From assembly GCA_048938855.1 (NCBI GenBank), contig JBHLLT010000005.1, positions 32,001 through 96,000 of the forward strand: 64,000 bases of DNA. The letters run 5' to 3'. Position numbers and translations under genes: made by a program. The notes beneath the pieces are model-generated. The model was not told where the DNA came from and did no database searches. It saw only the letters and a list, made by a program, of their open reading frames with translations. Below are positions 40,696 to 50,687 of this stretch, piece by piece (the stretch's first letter is position 1; every line of letters starts with the position of its first letter). Source of the stretch: Promethearchaeota archaeon. GTDB lineage: Archaea; Asgardarchaeota; Lokiarchaeia; Sigyniarchaeales; SOKP01.

Positions 40696-40995
40696 ATGAC
40701 TGACTCAAAAAAAGATTATCAAAAAATATTAGGATCGGTCCAAAAACCGGTAATTGGTGAAGCAGGCGAAACTGGAACATGGAGTTCAAAAAAACCAATA
40801 ATCAATTTAGAAAAATGCATACCCGTTAAATCTGGAAAGCCTAGTTGTTTTAATTGCTGGCTTTATTGTCCTGAAGCAGTAATAACGAGATCAATTCCTC
40901 CTAAGATCGATTTGGTCCATTGTAAAGGATGTGGAATTTGTATGGAAGAATGTCCAGTGAAAGCGATTAAAATGGAGGAGGTGAAAACTGAATGA
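40696..40995 (+). CDS. porD: 2-oxoacid:ferredoxin oxidoreductase delta subunit
   Basis: TGTW..KP, CFNCWLYCP, CKGCGICMEECP. Confidence 0.92.
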   Translation: MTDSKKDYQKILGSVQKPVIGEAGETGTWSSKKPIINLEKCIPVKSGKPSCFNCWLYCPEAVITRSIPPKIDLVHCKGCGICMEECPVKAIKMEEVKTE

Positions 40996-42290
40996 CCATA
41001 ATTGAAGAGGAAAAAAAACATATGAGCGAAAATGTCATGATTTTAACTGGAAATCATGCTGCAGCCCATGCTTTTAGGCAAGCTAGAGTAGGTGTAGTAT
41101 CCGCTTATCCAATCACACCCCAAAGTCCTGTCGTTGAAAAAATTGCTGAATTTATATATGAAGGAAAATTAAAAGCTAGGTTCGTCAAGGTTGAATCTGA
41201 ACATTCAGCTTTAGCCGTATGTTGTGCTGCTTCCGCAACAGGATCTAGAGTTGGGACTGCAACATCTGCTCATGGTTTAGAATTAATGTATGAATTACTT
41301 CCATGGGCGGCAGGAAACAGACTACCTATCATCATTAATCTCGCAACAAGATCTCTTGGAGCGCCATGGTCAGTTTGGACAGACCATTCTGATTTTATTA
41401 CAATAAGAGATGTTGGCTGGATACAGTTTATGTGTGAAAATAATCAGGAGATCTACGATACAAATCTTCAAGCATTTAAAATTGCTGAAGATTCACGAGT
41501 TTTTCTGCCTGCGATAGTAGCATATGATGGATATATCCTAAGTCATACTATGATGCCAGTTAAATTAGAAAATCAAGATAGTATTGACAAATTTTTACCT
41601 CCTATAAACCACCACATTAATTTGTCTGATATTTCTCAAGTAAAAGGTATAGATCCCGTAACAACACCTCATATAGTTAAACGCGCTGAAGGAACTGCTC
41701 CTGGCTATTATGAATATCGATATGCTCTACAAAAATCGTTGGAAAATTCAATTGATATAATAAAGGAAGTTCATGATGAGTTTGCTGCCAAATTTGGAAG
41801 ATCTTATGGGAACGGGATATATAAAGAAGTTCAAACTGAAGATGCTGATACAATTATTTTTGCTATGGGATCAGTTGCATCTCAAGCGAGAGTTGCAATC
41901 AAAAAATTAAGAGCGGAAGGTTTAAAGATCGGGATCTTAAGTCTTAAGTTATTTAGACCCTTTCCACATGAAGAAATGAAAGAATTCTTCAAAGATAGAA
42001 AGAATATAATTGTTTTTGATAGGGATATTGGATATGGTTACGAGGGGGTGTTATCTTATGAATTAAAAGCTGCTCTTTATGGATTAAAAAACAGACCAAA
42101 TATTAAGGGTTTTATTGTAGGATTAGGGGGTAGAGATGTAAAAACTGAGCATATTATTGAAGGTGTTTATAAAGCTTTGGATGAATTTAACAAGGGAATA
42201 TCCACCAATAAAACTGATTTCTTAGGTCTGAGATTAGATGAATTGAAAGATTATGATGAATCAACATATTTTAAAAGTGGAGGATGTTAA
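40992..42290 (+). CDS. porA: 2-oxoacid:ferredoxin oxidoreductase alpha subunit
   Basis: AYPITPQS, VESEHSA, FRPFP, GLGGRD. Confidence 0.94.
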   Translation: MTIIEEEKKHMSENVMILTGNHAAAHAFRQARVGVVSAYPITPQSPVVEKIAEFIYEGKLKARFVKVESEHSALAVCCAASATGSRVGTATSAHGLELMYELLPWAAGNRLPIIINLATRSLGAPWSVWTDHSDFITIRDVGWIQFMCENNQEIYDTNLQAFKIAEDSRVFLPAIVAYDGYILSHTMMPVKLENQDSIDKFLPPINHHINLSDISQVKGIDPVTTPHIVKRAEGTAPGYYEYRYALQKSLENSIDIIKEVHDEFAAKFGRSYGNGIYKEVQTEDADTIIFAMGSVASQARVAIKKLRAEGLKIGILSLKLFRPFPHEEMKEFFKDRKNIIVFDRDIGYGYEGVLSYELKAALYGLKNRPNIKGFIVGLGGRDVKTEHIIEGVYKALDEFNKGISTNKTDFLGLRLDELKDYDESTYFKSGGC

Positions 42291-43192
42291 AAATGGTAAA
42301 TGTTATGGATCTTCCTGAAGAAGAATTTATATATCCTGGGACTCGTGCTTGTGCAGGATGTGGAATGGCATTGATCTACAGAATGGCTCTTAAAGCACTA
42401 GGGCCTAAGACAATAATAACCGTACCAGCATCATGCTTAACTGTATTGCATGGAATGCAAGGATTTTGCTCAACAAAAATATCTGTTTATCATACACCTT
42501 TTGCCACTACTGGTGCTTCAGCATCAGGGATCTTAGCATCTTTAGAAGATAAAGGTTTAGCAGATGAAATCACTGTTCTTGCTTTTGCCGGAGATGGTGG
42601 AACAACCGATATTGGAATACAGGCTTTAAGTGGAGCCGCAGAAAGAGGAACAAACTTTATTTATGCATGTTATGATAATGAAGCATATATGAATACAGGA
42701 GTTCAGAGAAGTGGTTCTACTCCTCTTGGTGTTCGAACTACAACTACTCCAGAAGGAAAGGAAGTTCATAAAAAAAATATGCCAAAAATATTAGAAGCAC
42801 ATGGCATCCCATATGTCACTACTGCTAATGCTGCTTACCCTCTTGATTTATATGAAAAATTTAAGAGAGCAAAAACCATAATTGGACCGAAATATTTCCA
42901 TATTTTATCACCTTGTCCCCCTGGATGGGGATATGATCCAAAAGATACGATGTTGATCGGCAGATTAGCAAATGAAACAGGTTTTTGGCCTCTTTATGAA
43001 GTTATTGAGGGTAAATTTGAATTATCAAGACCTAGCAATAGATATTTAGATTCCTCTAAACGTAAACCAATAAATGAGTATTTGAAAATGCAAAAAAGAT
43101 TTAAATCTATTGATGATGCCACAATTAAATTATATGAAGAATATATTTCTAAAATGTGGGATGATATAAAGCAAAGATTAGATAACCAGTAG
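42284..43192 (+). CDS. porB: 2-oxoacid:ferredoxin oxidoreductase beta subunit
   Basis: ACAGCG, GDGG..DIG, DNEAYMNTG, SPCPPGW. Confidence 0.94.
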   Translation: MLKMVNVMDLPEEEFIYPGTRACAGCGMALIYRMALKALGPKTIITVPASCLTVLHGMQGFCSTKISVYHTPFATTGASASGILASLEDKGLADEITVLAFAGDGGTTDIGIQALSGAAERGTNFIYACYDNEAYMNTGVQRSGSTPLGVRTTTTPEGKEVHKKNMPKILEAHGIPYVTTANAAYPLDLYEKFKRAKTIIGPKYFHILSPCPPGWGYDPKDTMLIGRLANETGFWPLYEVIEGKFELSRPSNRYLDSSKRKPINEYLKMQKRFKSIDDATIKLYEEYISKMWDDIKQRLDNQ

Positions 43193-43308
43193 TATTTGTT
43201 TTATAAAAAATTTGTTTTAATTTAATTTATTTTTAAATTTCATTTTACTTAACCTAAGATTTTAGAAAAAAATAAAAGCTAAATCTAGTTAAGTTAAGTA
43301 GATATTAG

Positions 43309-44091
43309 ATGCTAAGAACATTCATATTTGATGAAACTAAATCTCATTGGATCGAAGAAGAGCAACATTTACTATCTCAAGATATTTGTGCAATTTTAGA
43401 TGAAGAAAATGTCATTTTATATCTTTGGAATGGCCCAAAAAGCAAAAAGAAGAAATTTAGGAAAGCATATAAACAACTAAAGCTATTGATTGCTAATTAT
43501 CGAGAGTTAAATATCCAGTTAATTATGTCTAAGAAGAACTTTCCTCTACAAATTCAAGACAAACTAAACTCATTTTTAGATTCTTTGAAATCAGGAGAAA
43601 AAATGAATTTAAAATTTAGTAGGTTTATAACTATAAGACTTTATAGCATTTCTATCATAATTGCAGTACTATTACCCATCATATCGTTTCTAAATTTAAG
43701 TACATCGTTTTTTTGGTCAAAATTTTTAGGAAATTATGAAGTAAATAGCATAAATTATACAAATTGGATAAATTTTTCAAAAATAATCACTTTAATTGCC
43801 TTAATATTTTTTAGTATCAACCTTGTAATTGGCATTGTTGAATATGAAAATCAAGTTATTGTATTTTCATTAAATAGCATAATTATTTCAATAGGAATCG
43901 TGTTTTACTTAAATCAAGGAGTTTTTCTTTTTTTGTTTCAAGAAGGCTCAACATCCACTACTTATTTTATATTACCGAAAGATGTTTTCATCTTCTTACT
44001 GTTGAATTTAACAGCTCTTCTGGTTTTTGAAATTCCTAATATATATAAATTATTATCTTTTTTCAAAACTTATCGAAAATTCATATTTTAG
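43309..44091 (+). CDS. Gelsolin-like domain fused to about 4 TM helices
   Basis: LSQDICAILDEENVILYLWNGPKS fits the gelsolin-repeat ILD..YxWxG motif; hydrophobic C-terminal half. Confidence 0.6.
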   Translation: MLRTFIFDETKSHWIEEEQHLLSQDICAILDEENVILYLWNGPKSKKKKFRKAYKQLKLLIANYRELNIQLIMSKKNFPLQIQDKLNSFLDSLKSGEKMNLKFSRFITIRLYSISIIIAVLLPIISFLNLSTSFFWSKFLGNYEVNSINYTNWINFSKIITLIALIFFSINLVIGIVEYENQVIVFSLNSIIISIGIVFYLNQGVFLFLFQEGSTSTTYFILPKDVFIFLLLNLTALLVFEIPNIYKLLSFFKTYRKFIF

Positions 44092-44102
44092 TTGATATAA
44101 GT

Positions 44103-44978
44103 GTGCAAGTAGCAAATCTACTTACTGAACTTGAAAAGGAAGATCTTCGAATCCTCATGGCGATTGAAATTGGGATGAAGAGGTCTAAGTTTGTTACCGT
44201 AAACAATATTAAATTCTATTCTCGTTACAAAATGGAAGAAACACTTTTCCGATTAAAAAAAGTTCATAAACTTGATTTAATTATCAGAGACGCTTCTAAG
44301 CATGAAATTGCCTATACGCTCAATTCTAAGGCTTATGATTTACTTGCACTACATGCTTTAGTCGAACAAAACATAATTAGCCAATTAGGGCCTCTTATAG
44401 GTAAAGGTAAAGAATCAGATGTGTATAGCTGCATGGATGATCACGAAAATATTTTCGCAGCGAAATTTTACCGAATGGGGAGAACAAGCTTTAAAAGTAT
44501 AAAACAACTTAGAGATATTATCGGAGAACGGGGACACCTTTCTTGGCTTTATGTGAATAGACTTGCTGCAAAAAAAGAGTATGAAGCTCTTGAAAAGATA
44601 TATCTACTTAAACTAAACACTCCAAAACCAATAGGTTATAATAGGCATATAATTATAATGTCTTACTTGAGAGGAAAAGAATTAGTTTACTATAAATATA
44701 TAAAAAAACCTTTAAAGATCTTTACTAGAATTATTAAGCAATACAAATTAATATATAAAAAAGCAGGTATGATACATGGAGATTTAGGTGAATTTAATAT
44801 TGTTTTGGATGAAAAAGGAAACATTTTATTAATTGATTGGTTACAATGGGTTCCAGCTGATCATCCTAATGCAAAATCACTTTTGGAAAGGGATATTGAA
44901 AATATATGTAATTATTTTCAAAAAAAGTATAATATCGAAAGTAAAACAGATGAGATTCTTAAATCTTTTTATAAATAA
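44103..44978 (+). CDS. rio2: RIO2 kinase
   Basis: N-terminal wHTH, YDLLALHAL, GKGKESDVY, GRTSF, IHGDLGEFNI, IDW. Confidence 0.93.
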   Translation: MQVANLLTELEKEDLRILMAIEIGMKRSKFVTVNNIKFYSRYKMEETLFRLKKVHKLDLIIRDASKHEIAYTLNSKAYDLLALHALVEQNIISQLGPLIGKGKESDVYSCMDDHENIFAAKFYRMGRTSFKSIKQLRDIIGERGHLSWLYVNRLAAKKEYEALEKIYLLKLNTPKPIGYNRHIIIMSYLRGKELVYYKYIKKPLKIFTRIIKQYKLIYKKAGMIHGDLGEFNIVLDEKGNILLIDWLQWVPADHPNAKSLLERDIENICNYFQKKYNIESKTDEILKSFYK

Positions 44979-45594
44979 TTGGTCTAAAAGTTTTTAGCTG
45001 AGAAATCTTACCCTGGATTATTATATCTTCTAACTTTTCTTTTTCTATTACGATTATGTCTTTCACGTAAAGTTCTAATATTTTTAGTAAAGAATTTAAA
45101 TCTAAGTTCTTTTTAAGGATAGAAAATATGAAGTCGGTATTATTTTTACATACTCTTGTTAATTCTTCAATTCCATTTCTAATACTTGGTAAATTTTGGA
45201 ATGATGTAAATGTAAATATCATATCGAATGTATTTTCTCTAAAAGGTAAATGATCAATATCTGATAATATAAAATTTGGTAGATGGCCAAAATTATCATC
45301 TTTGAAAGTTTTTGATTTAAATTTTAACAACATATTCCAGGAAATATCTACCGCAATATAATTACTGTTTGTAATATTCTTCGCAACATTTGTTTTTATT
45401 AAATACTCAAAAAATAAACCTGTACCACACCCCAAATCTAAAATTATTCTGTTGAAATCTCTATAATTATTTAAAATTACCTCATACTTCTCTTTTTGTA
45501 TCGCTTCATATCTTTTGTCATAAAAATTTGCTGTCTTATTATAATCGCTAATAATTTTCTTTTTCTTATTTTGATTTTTATGTTTATCCTCCAA
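44959..45594 (-). CDS. Class I SAM-dependent methyltransferase
   Basis: ILDLGCGTG, VDISWNML, LPFRENTFD. Confidence 0.88.
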   Translation of the reverse strand: MEDKHKNQNKKKKIISDYNKTANFYDKRYEAIQKEKYEVILNNYRDFNRIILDLGCGTGLFFEYLIKTNVAKNITNSNYIAVDISWNMLLKFKSKTFKDDNFGHLPNFILSDIDHLPFRENTFDMIFTFTSFQNLPSIRNGIEELTRVCKNNTDFIFSILKKNLDLNSLLKILELYVKDIIVIEKEKLEDIIIQGKISQLKTFRPIIYKKI

Positions 45595-45718
45595 TATGAT
45601 AACCAGACAAATTTATTTTTGATTTTTCAATGTCGTAAGGTTTTAATTCAAAAAATTCTATCTTTAAATTATCTTTTCTATAAATATAATAATAATATTT
45701 TTGATATAAGGATTAAAA

Positions 45719-45982
45719 ATGTCAAGTAGAAATAATAATCAACAGAGATCAAAAAACCCTTTACAAATATTACAAAATAGCCAAGGTTCAATAATATTAC
45801 TCCGATTAAAAGATGGGACTGAATATAGAGGACTTTTAAAGGAAATAGATGCTTATATGAACATGATTCTTGAGGATGCTACTGAACTTTTAGATGGGAC
45901 ACCTATGGCCAAATATAACGAAATTTTCATTAGAGGTAATAATCTTCTATTTATAAAGCCTGATGCCTCTCAACTTACGTAG
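45719..45982 (+). CDS. Sm/Lsm protein
   Basis: LKDGTEYRGLLKEIDAYMNMILEDA (Sm1), IFIRGNN (Sm2). Confidence 0.93.
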   Translation: MSSRNNNQQRSKNPLQILQNSQGSIILLRLKDGTEYRGLLKEIDAYMNMILEDATELLDGTPMAKYNEIFIRGNNLLFIKPDASQLT

Positions 45983-46063
45983 GGATTCTGATTAATCTAT
46001 AGCTAATTTTTACAGTATATATCAGATTTTAGATAATAATATAAATATTATTTAGAATTAGTT

Positions 46064-46963
46064 TTACAGCTCTAAGAGTTTTGGTATAACCTCATCATTT
46101 TTAATTATTGCATAAGATGCAGGATTAGGAGAATATTCACCTCTATAATTCGCAGATGAGAATATTGATAACAATCTATTGTTGAAGAACCACCGATATC
46201 CCTCAGGAAAACATTCATGGGCTCTTATAAGAAAATTTAGATTATTATATTTCATAAACTCCTTAAAAGCGTCGTTTCCAAAAAATTTTATACCTGGACC
46301 CCTAAAACTGTCGGAAAAACCTTGTAAATCTGACTTAGGGTCATTCCACATAATTTGATATATACTTTGTGCATTTGAGGTAAAGACTTGACTAAAATCT
46401 TTGCATTTATGGCCTTTAAGCTTACCTAGAATTTCAATATCTTGTGGGATTCCTCCATGTAAGCATAAAGTTGTCTCATTAACTAAAATACATAGAGGGA
46501 GAGTGTTATATACTTTAATAATATCAATAAACTTACTCTGATCTTTGAATCTTAGAAGAAAATCTTGAAAAAAACCATAATATTGATTTATTTCAAGAGT
46601 TTCATGATTTCCTCTTATGATATAATATTTTAAAGGGAATAGAATTTTTAACGCATATACTATAATTAAACATTCTAATTGCTTTGGACCACGATCAACA
46701 ATATCCCCAAGAAAAATTACTATTTTAGGATTATTTTTATTAATAATTTTAATTAATTCCATCAAGGTTTTTAAGTTTCCATGAATATCTCCTATAACGT
46801 AAATTACGTCTGTTTTACTGTTAACACTGAGTTCTAAAAGTAAATTTTCAACCTCAAATAATTCTTTCACGGTCTTTAATATTATTGATATAATATCAAA
46901 GTTTAATTTGGAAATTTTTTGAGGATTATTGATTAGATCAAGTAAAAATGAATTTTCTATCAA
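46064..46963 (-). CDS. PPP-family Ser/Thr protein phosphatase
   Basis: GDIHG, GDIVDRG, RGNHE, HGGI, WNDP, RAHE, FSSANY. Confidence 0.93.
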   Translation of the reverse strand: MIENSFLLDLINNPQKISKLNFDIISIILKTVKELFEVENLLLELSVNSKTDVIYVIGDIHGNLKTLMELIKIINKNNPKIVIFLGDIVDRGPKQLECLIIVYALKILFPLKYYIIRGNHETLEINQYYGFFQDFLLRFKDQSKFIDIIKVYNTLPLCILVNETTLCLHGGIPQDIEILGKLKGHKCKDFSQVFTSNAQSIYQIMWNDPKSDLQGFSDSFRGPGIKFFGNDAFKEFMKYNNLNFLIRAHECFPEGYRWFFNNRLLSIFSSANYRGEYSPNPASYAIIKNDEVIPKLLEL

Positions 46964-47086
46964 CTTGAAATTTATTTAAATTGTATATATTAATTATTTT
47001 ATAGTTGTTCTATTATTTTATTATTGTTTTTAGTATTTTAATAAATAAAGAAATAAAAAATGAAATCTAAATAGTTAATTGATGAT

Positions 47087-49174
47087 ATGCAAGCTCAAAA
47101 GCTTATAAAATTCATGGAAAATCAAATTCAGGACTTTGAAAATCAAAAAGCACTTCAGCAAAATAAAAATCGTAATCTTGGAATCATCTATACTCCAAAT
47201 GAAATTGTAGATTATATAGTTTCCAATATATTCAGAATCTTTTTCCGTGAATATTTTACTTCTCTAAAAATCAATCAGGTAGATGTCAATATAGAAAAAT
47301 TAGTTGATATTTTAGGTAGAAATCCAGAATTTAAAGTTAAGATATATAATATAATTAAAAATTTGAGAATTTTAGATCCCTCTTGTGGTTCTGGGAGATT
47401 TTTAATATCAATAGCAGAAAAATTATATAAAATTTATCAAGTAGTAAATCCTGGATTATCGCCTCTTGAACTTAAGAAATCAATTATTGAGAGAAACCTA
47501 TATGCAAATGAAATTGATCAATCCGCTATTGTTATTGCCAAGTTACGGCTAATTCAGTGGCTTTTATCTAATGATCCTAATAATATTACCTACTATATTC
47601 CCAACTTTAAGAGTTTCAAAGCTACAAATATTAATCATTTCATTGAAATATTAAATCTCAAATTTAATATTTACAACTTAGATTTCCTCTTAGAATTTGA
47701 CTCTGATAAATTCGATATTATTGTTGGGAATCCACCATATGTCGAAAACAAGCGGATAAAGGATAAAGAATTTAAAAAAAAACTGATAAATAGATATCAA
47801 TCGGCATATCGATTATTCGATCTTTCAATCATATTCATCGAGAGATCTTTAGAGTTATTAAATATTGGAGGATATCTCTCACTAATTTTACCAAATAAAT
47901 TTCTATCTGCAGATTATGGTATTAAAATCAGATCGTTATTGCTAAATGAATCAGAAATCAAAGAAATCATAAATATCTCATCGTTATCTGTGTTTCAAAA
48001 TGCAGCTACATACCCTATAATATTATCTTCGAAAAAAACTAATCAAATCAAAAAGAAAGAAATTGTTATTAAATCATACAAGAAAATAAGTGAATTAGTT
48101 AATAATGCCAAAAATATGACATTATATCTTAACCAGAGTCAAATTGACTATCTACCTTCAAAAGTAATTCCTCTCTCAGATAATATAAATTTATTAACAT
48201 TTTTATTTAAAAACTTTGAAGCTTTTGATGAAACCTTTAAAGATTTGAAAATCATTTATCGACCATTTGGTTTTTTAAAATATGGTAGACATTATGATAA
48301 CATCAGTAATAAACCTCAGTCTGATAATGATTTATTATTAATTGGAACTAGTAATGTAGGAAAGTTTCATATTAAATTCGATAAAAGAATAAAAATTATG
48401 GGGAACGATCTTGAAATATCATACTTTAATTATAATTCTAACTTTGAGCATATCTGGAATGATCTCAATAGTGAAAAACTTATTTTTAGAGAAATCGCGA
48501 AAGATTTAACATTTTTTTATGATCCTGGAGTATTTACTAATATAACTGGTCTCTATTTTATTAAAATTCCCTCATTAAATACTGATCAGTTATTTGGTCT
48601 TTTAACAATATTAAATTCTGAATTTATGAACTCGGTGTTTAAATCACTATTTAGTACATTACATATGGCAGGGGGTTATTTAAGATTTAATGGCAGCTTT
48701 ATTAAAAGATTACCCATGCCAAGAATATTTCCTATGTTTTTATCACAATTGGGGAAAATTCTACAATTTCTTTCCCAATTAAATTATAGTTTCAACTCAT
48801 CTAATTTTAAATATGCAAGAAATAATGAATTAGAGCAATTTAAGGATAAATATAATAACAAAATTAATGTTTCTCTTACTTTTTTCAATAAACTTAGTAA
48901 TTCTCTAGTCAAATTATTATTCCTTGATGAATTTTACTTAAAAAATAATATAGATTATAACATTCTAAGAGATTTATTGGACTTAAGAGGAGATTTTCAA
49001 AAAATACCAGCAAAATTTTTAATTCCGGTCTTCCATTTAAAAAATTATAAAGTTTTCTCCTTTAATGAATTAGATTGTATTTTGACTGAAATTGTCAAAT
49101 TTTGTAGAAGACTACAGTGCAATAAAGAATTATTAAAACAAGTAGATAACCTATTAAAAACTAATTTCAGTTAA
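47087..49174 (+). CDS. N6-adenine DNA methyltransferase (Eco57I/TaqI-like, gamma order), no adjacent nuclease
   Basis: YTP, ILDPSCGSGRF, VGNPPY, TaqI-C-like C-terminus. Confidence 0.85.
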   Translation: MQAQKLIKFMENQIQDFENQKALQQNKNRNLGIIYTPNEIVDYIVSNIFRIFFREYFTSLKINQVDVNIEKLVDILGRNPEFKVKIYNIIKNLRILDPSCGSGRFLISIAEKLYKIYQVVNPGLSPLELKKSIIERNLYANEIDQSAIVIAKLRLIQWLLSNDPNNITYYIPNFKSFKATNINHFIEILNLKFNIYNLDFLLEFDSDKFDIIVGNPPYVENKRIKDKEFKKKLINRYQSAYRLFDLSIIFIERSLELLNIGGYLSLILPNKFLSADYGIKIRSLLLNESEIKEIINISSLSVFQNAATYPIILSSKKTNQIKKKEIVIKSYKKISELVNNAKNMTLYLNQSQIDYLPSKVIPLSDNINLLTFLFKNFEAFDETFKDLKIIYRPFGFLKYGRHYDNISNKPQSDNDLLLIGTSNVGKFHIKFDKRIKIMGNDLEISYFNYNSNFEHIWNDLNSEKLIFREIAKDLTFFYDPGVFTNITGLYFIKIPSLNTDQLFGLLTILNSEFMNSVFKSLFSTLHMAGGYLRFNGSFIKRLPMPRIFPMFLSQLGKILQFLSQLNYSFNSSNFKYARNNELEQFKDKYNNKINVSLTFFNKLSNSLVKLLFLDEFYLKNNIDYNILRDLLDLRGDFQKIPAKFLIPVFHLKNYKVFSFNELDCILTEIVKFCRRLQCNKELLKQVDNLLKTNFS

Positions 49175-49292
49175 TTATTAATTCTTATGTTGTTTTCCTT
49201 CATACAAAATCGAATTAAAATTATATTTTAGTAAAAATTATATAATAAAACGAATAATTAGTAAAAATCAATTAAAAATTTAAGTGAGAGAT

Positions 49293-49607
49293 ATGGCTAA
49301 AAAAAAGAGTGCACCAAGCGGAGAAGATGATTATGAAGTTCCCACTGGGAAAGTAGATGAAGATGGAGATGAAGTAATAGATCTAAATGAGTGGAAAGAT
49401 GATTTAGAAGAAGATGTAATATATGAAATCCCTGATGATGATGACATGATTGAAGACGAAACCGAAGATGAAGAATTTGGCATGGAAGTCGATGATGTTG
49501 TAAAAATGTTACGAGATGTTAAATGTAAGCCCTGTCCTGGTTTAAGAAGTAAACCAGATTGTAAAATTGCTCATGATTATGGATGTCCAAAACCAAAAAT
49601 GCCATAA
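49293..49607 (+). CDS. Very acidic small protein with C-terminal 4-Cys motif
   Basis: About one third D/E; CKPC-x8-C-x7-C; ATG 49293 after AAGTGA. Confidence 0.75.
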   Translation: MAKKKSAPSGEDDYEVPTGKVDEDGDEVIDLNEWKDDLEEDVIYEIPDDDDMIEDETEDEEFGMEVDDVVKMLRDVKCKPCPGLRSKPDCKIAHDYGCPKPKMP

Positions 49608-49677
49608 TTTTTATTTTTTATTTTTTTGTTATTTTGTTTACTAAATCGCGCTGGATTAAAGTTGTTAAGGGAATATT

Positions 49678-50676
49678 TTGCTTTCAAATATATTAAAACG
49701 CTTAATATTGATAATTATTGATATTCTAATAAGCTGGTATATTTGGGAAGTGAATGTTTCATTCGGAAATCCCTGTTACACGTCAGCTTTTTCAAAATGT
49801 TTTACTTTATCGGTTACAACATTTCTAATTATTTATGTGCCTTTTGAGATTTACTGGTCCTTTAGAGACCTCTGGTTTGATCGCTGGAGAAAAATTATTC
49901 TCAAGGATCTAAATGTTTCAAATAAACAAATTAAAGTCTCTGATGGGTCTCTATATGCAAGCATAGTCACAAATCAGGATAAAAACAAAATTAACCTAAA
50001 AAATTCTATTATTATTGTTTGTCATGGTTTTTCTGATACAAAAGAGACACTTCAATATTTATATTTCCCATTCGCTTATCAAGGTTATGTGGTTTTAGCA
50101 TATGATGCGAGAGGTACAGGAAAATCAAAAAAAACGGGAAAAAGAAGTGATTTTTTAAAAAGAATTGAAGATTTTTGCAAAATAATTGAATGGGTAAGAA
50201 CACAAGAAGAATACGCAACTAAAAAAATTTATTGTATTGGATTTAGCATAGGAGCAATAACAGTTCTATCTGCAACTTCTGTTATTAGAGATATTGACAA
50301 AATAATTGCAATCTCATCAATGTCTTCTTACAAACAAAATATCCCTAAATATAATCCAGTAATCATATTAGACTATTTAATTAAGGGTGTAAAATTGTTT
50401 CCAAGTAGTGAAGAAAATATCCAGTTATCTCCATTTCAATCAATAAAAAAAATGAAAGACGAGTTAAGTTTAGAGGAATGGAAAATCTTCTCTAAAAAGA
50501 TTATGTTAATACATTGTAGAAATGATAGAATTATAAAATTTAAAAATTTAAAAGAAAATAGGTTGATATTAGAATCCCCTGATAAAAATGTTCTTATATT
50601 AAAGAAAGGAGGGCATTCACAGAAGAAAAATGAATGTATATTAGTTGGAGCTTGTCTTAATTTCTTTAAATCATGA
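49678..50676 (+). CDS. Membrane-anchored alpha/beta hydrolase
   Basis: 2 TM, CHG, DARGTG, GFSIGA, D..GGH. Confidence 0.82.
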   Translation: MLSNILKRLILIIIDILISWYIWEVNVSFGNPCYTSAFSKCFTLSVTTFLIIYVPFEIYWSFRDLWFDRWRKIILKDLNVSNKQIKVSDGSLYASIVTNQDKNKINLKNSIIIVCHGFSDTKETLQYLYFPFAYQGYVVLAYDARGTGKSKKTGKRSDFLKRIEDFCKIIEWVRTQEEYATKKIYCIGFSIGAITVLSATSVIRDIDKIIAISSMSSYKQNIPKYNPVIILDYLIKGVKLFPSSEENIQLSPFQSIKKMKDELSLEEWKIFSKKIMLIHCRNDRIIKFKNLKENRLILESPDKNVLILKKGGHSQKKNECILVGACLNFFKS

Positions 50677-50687
50677 AACTAGAAACT

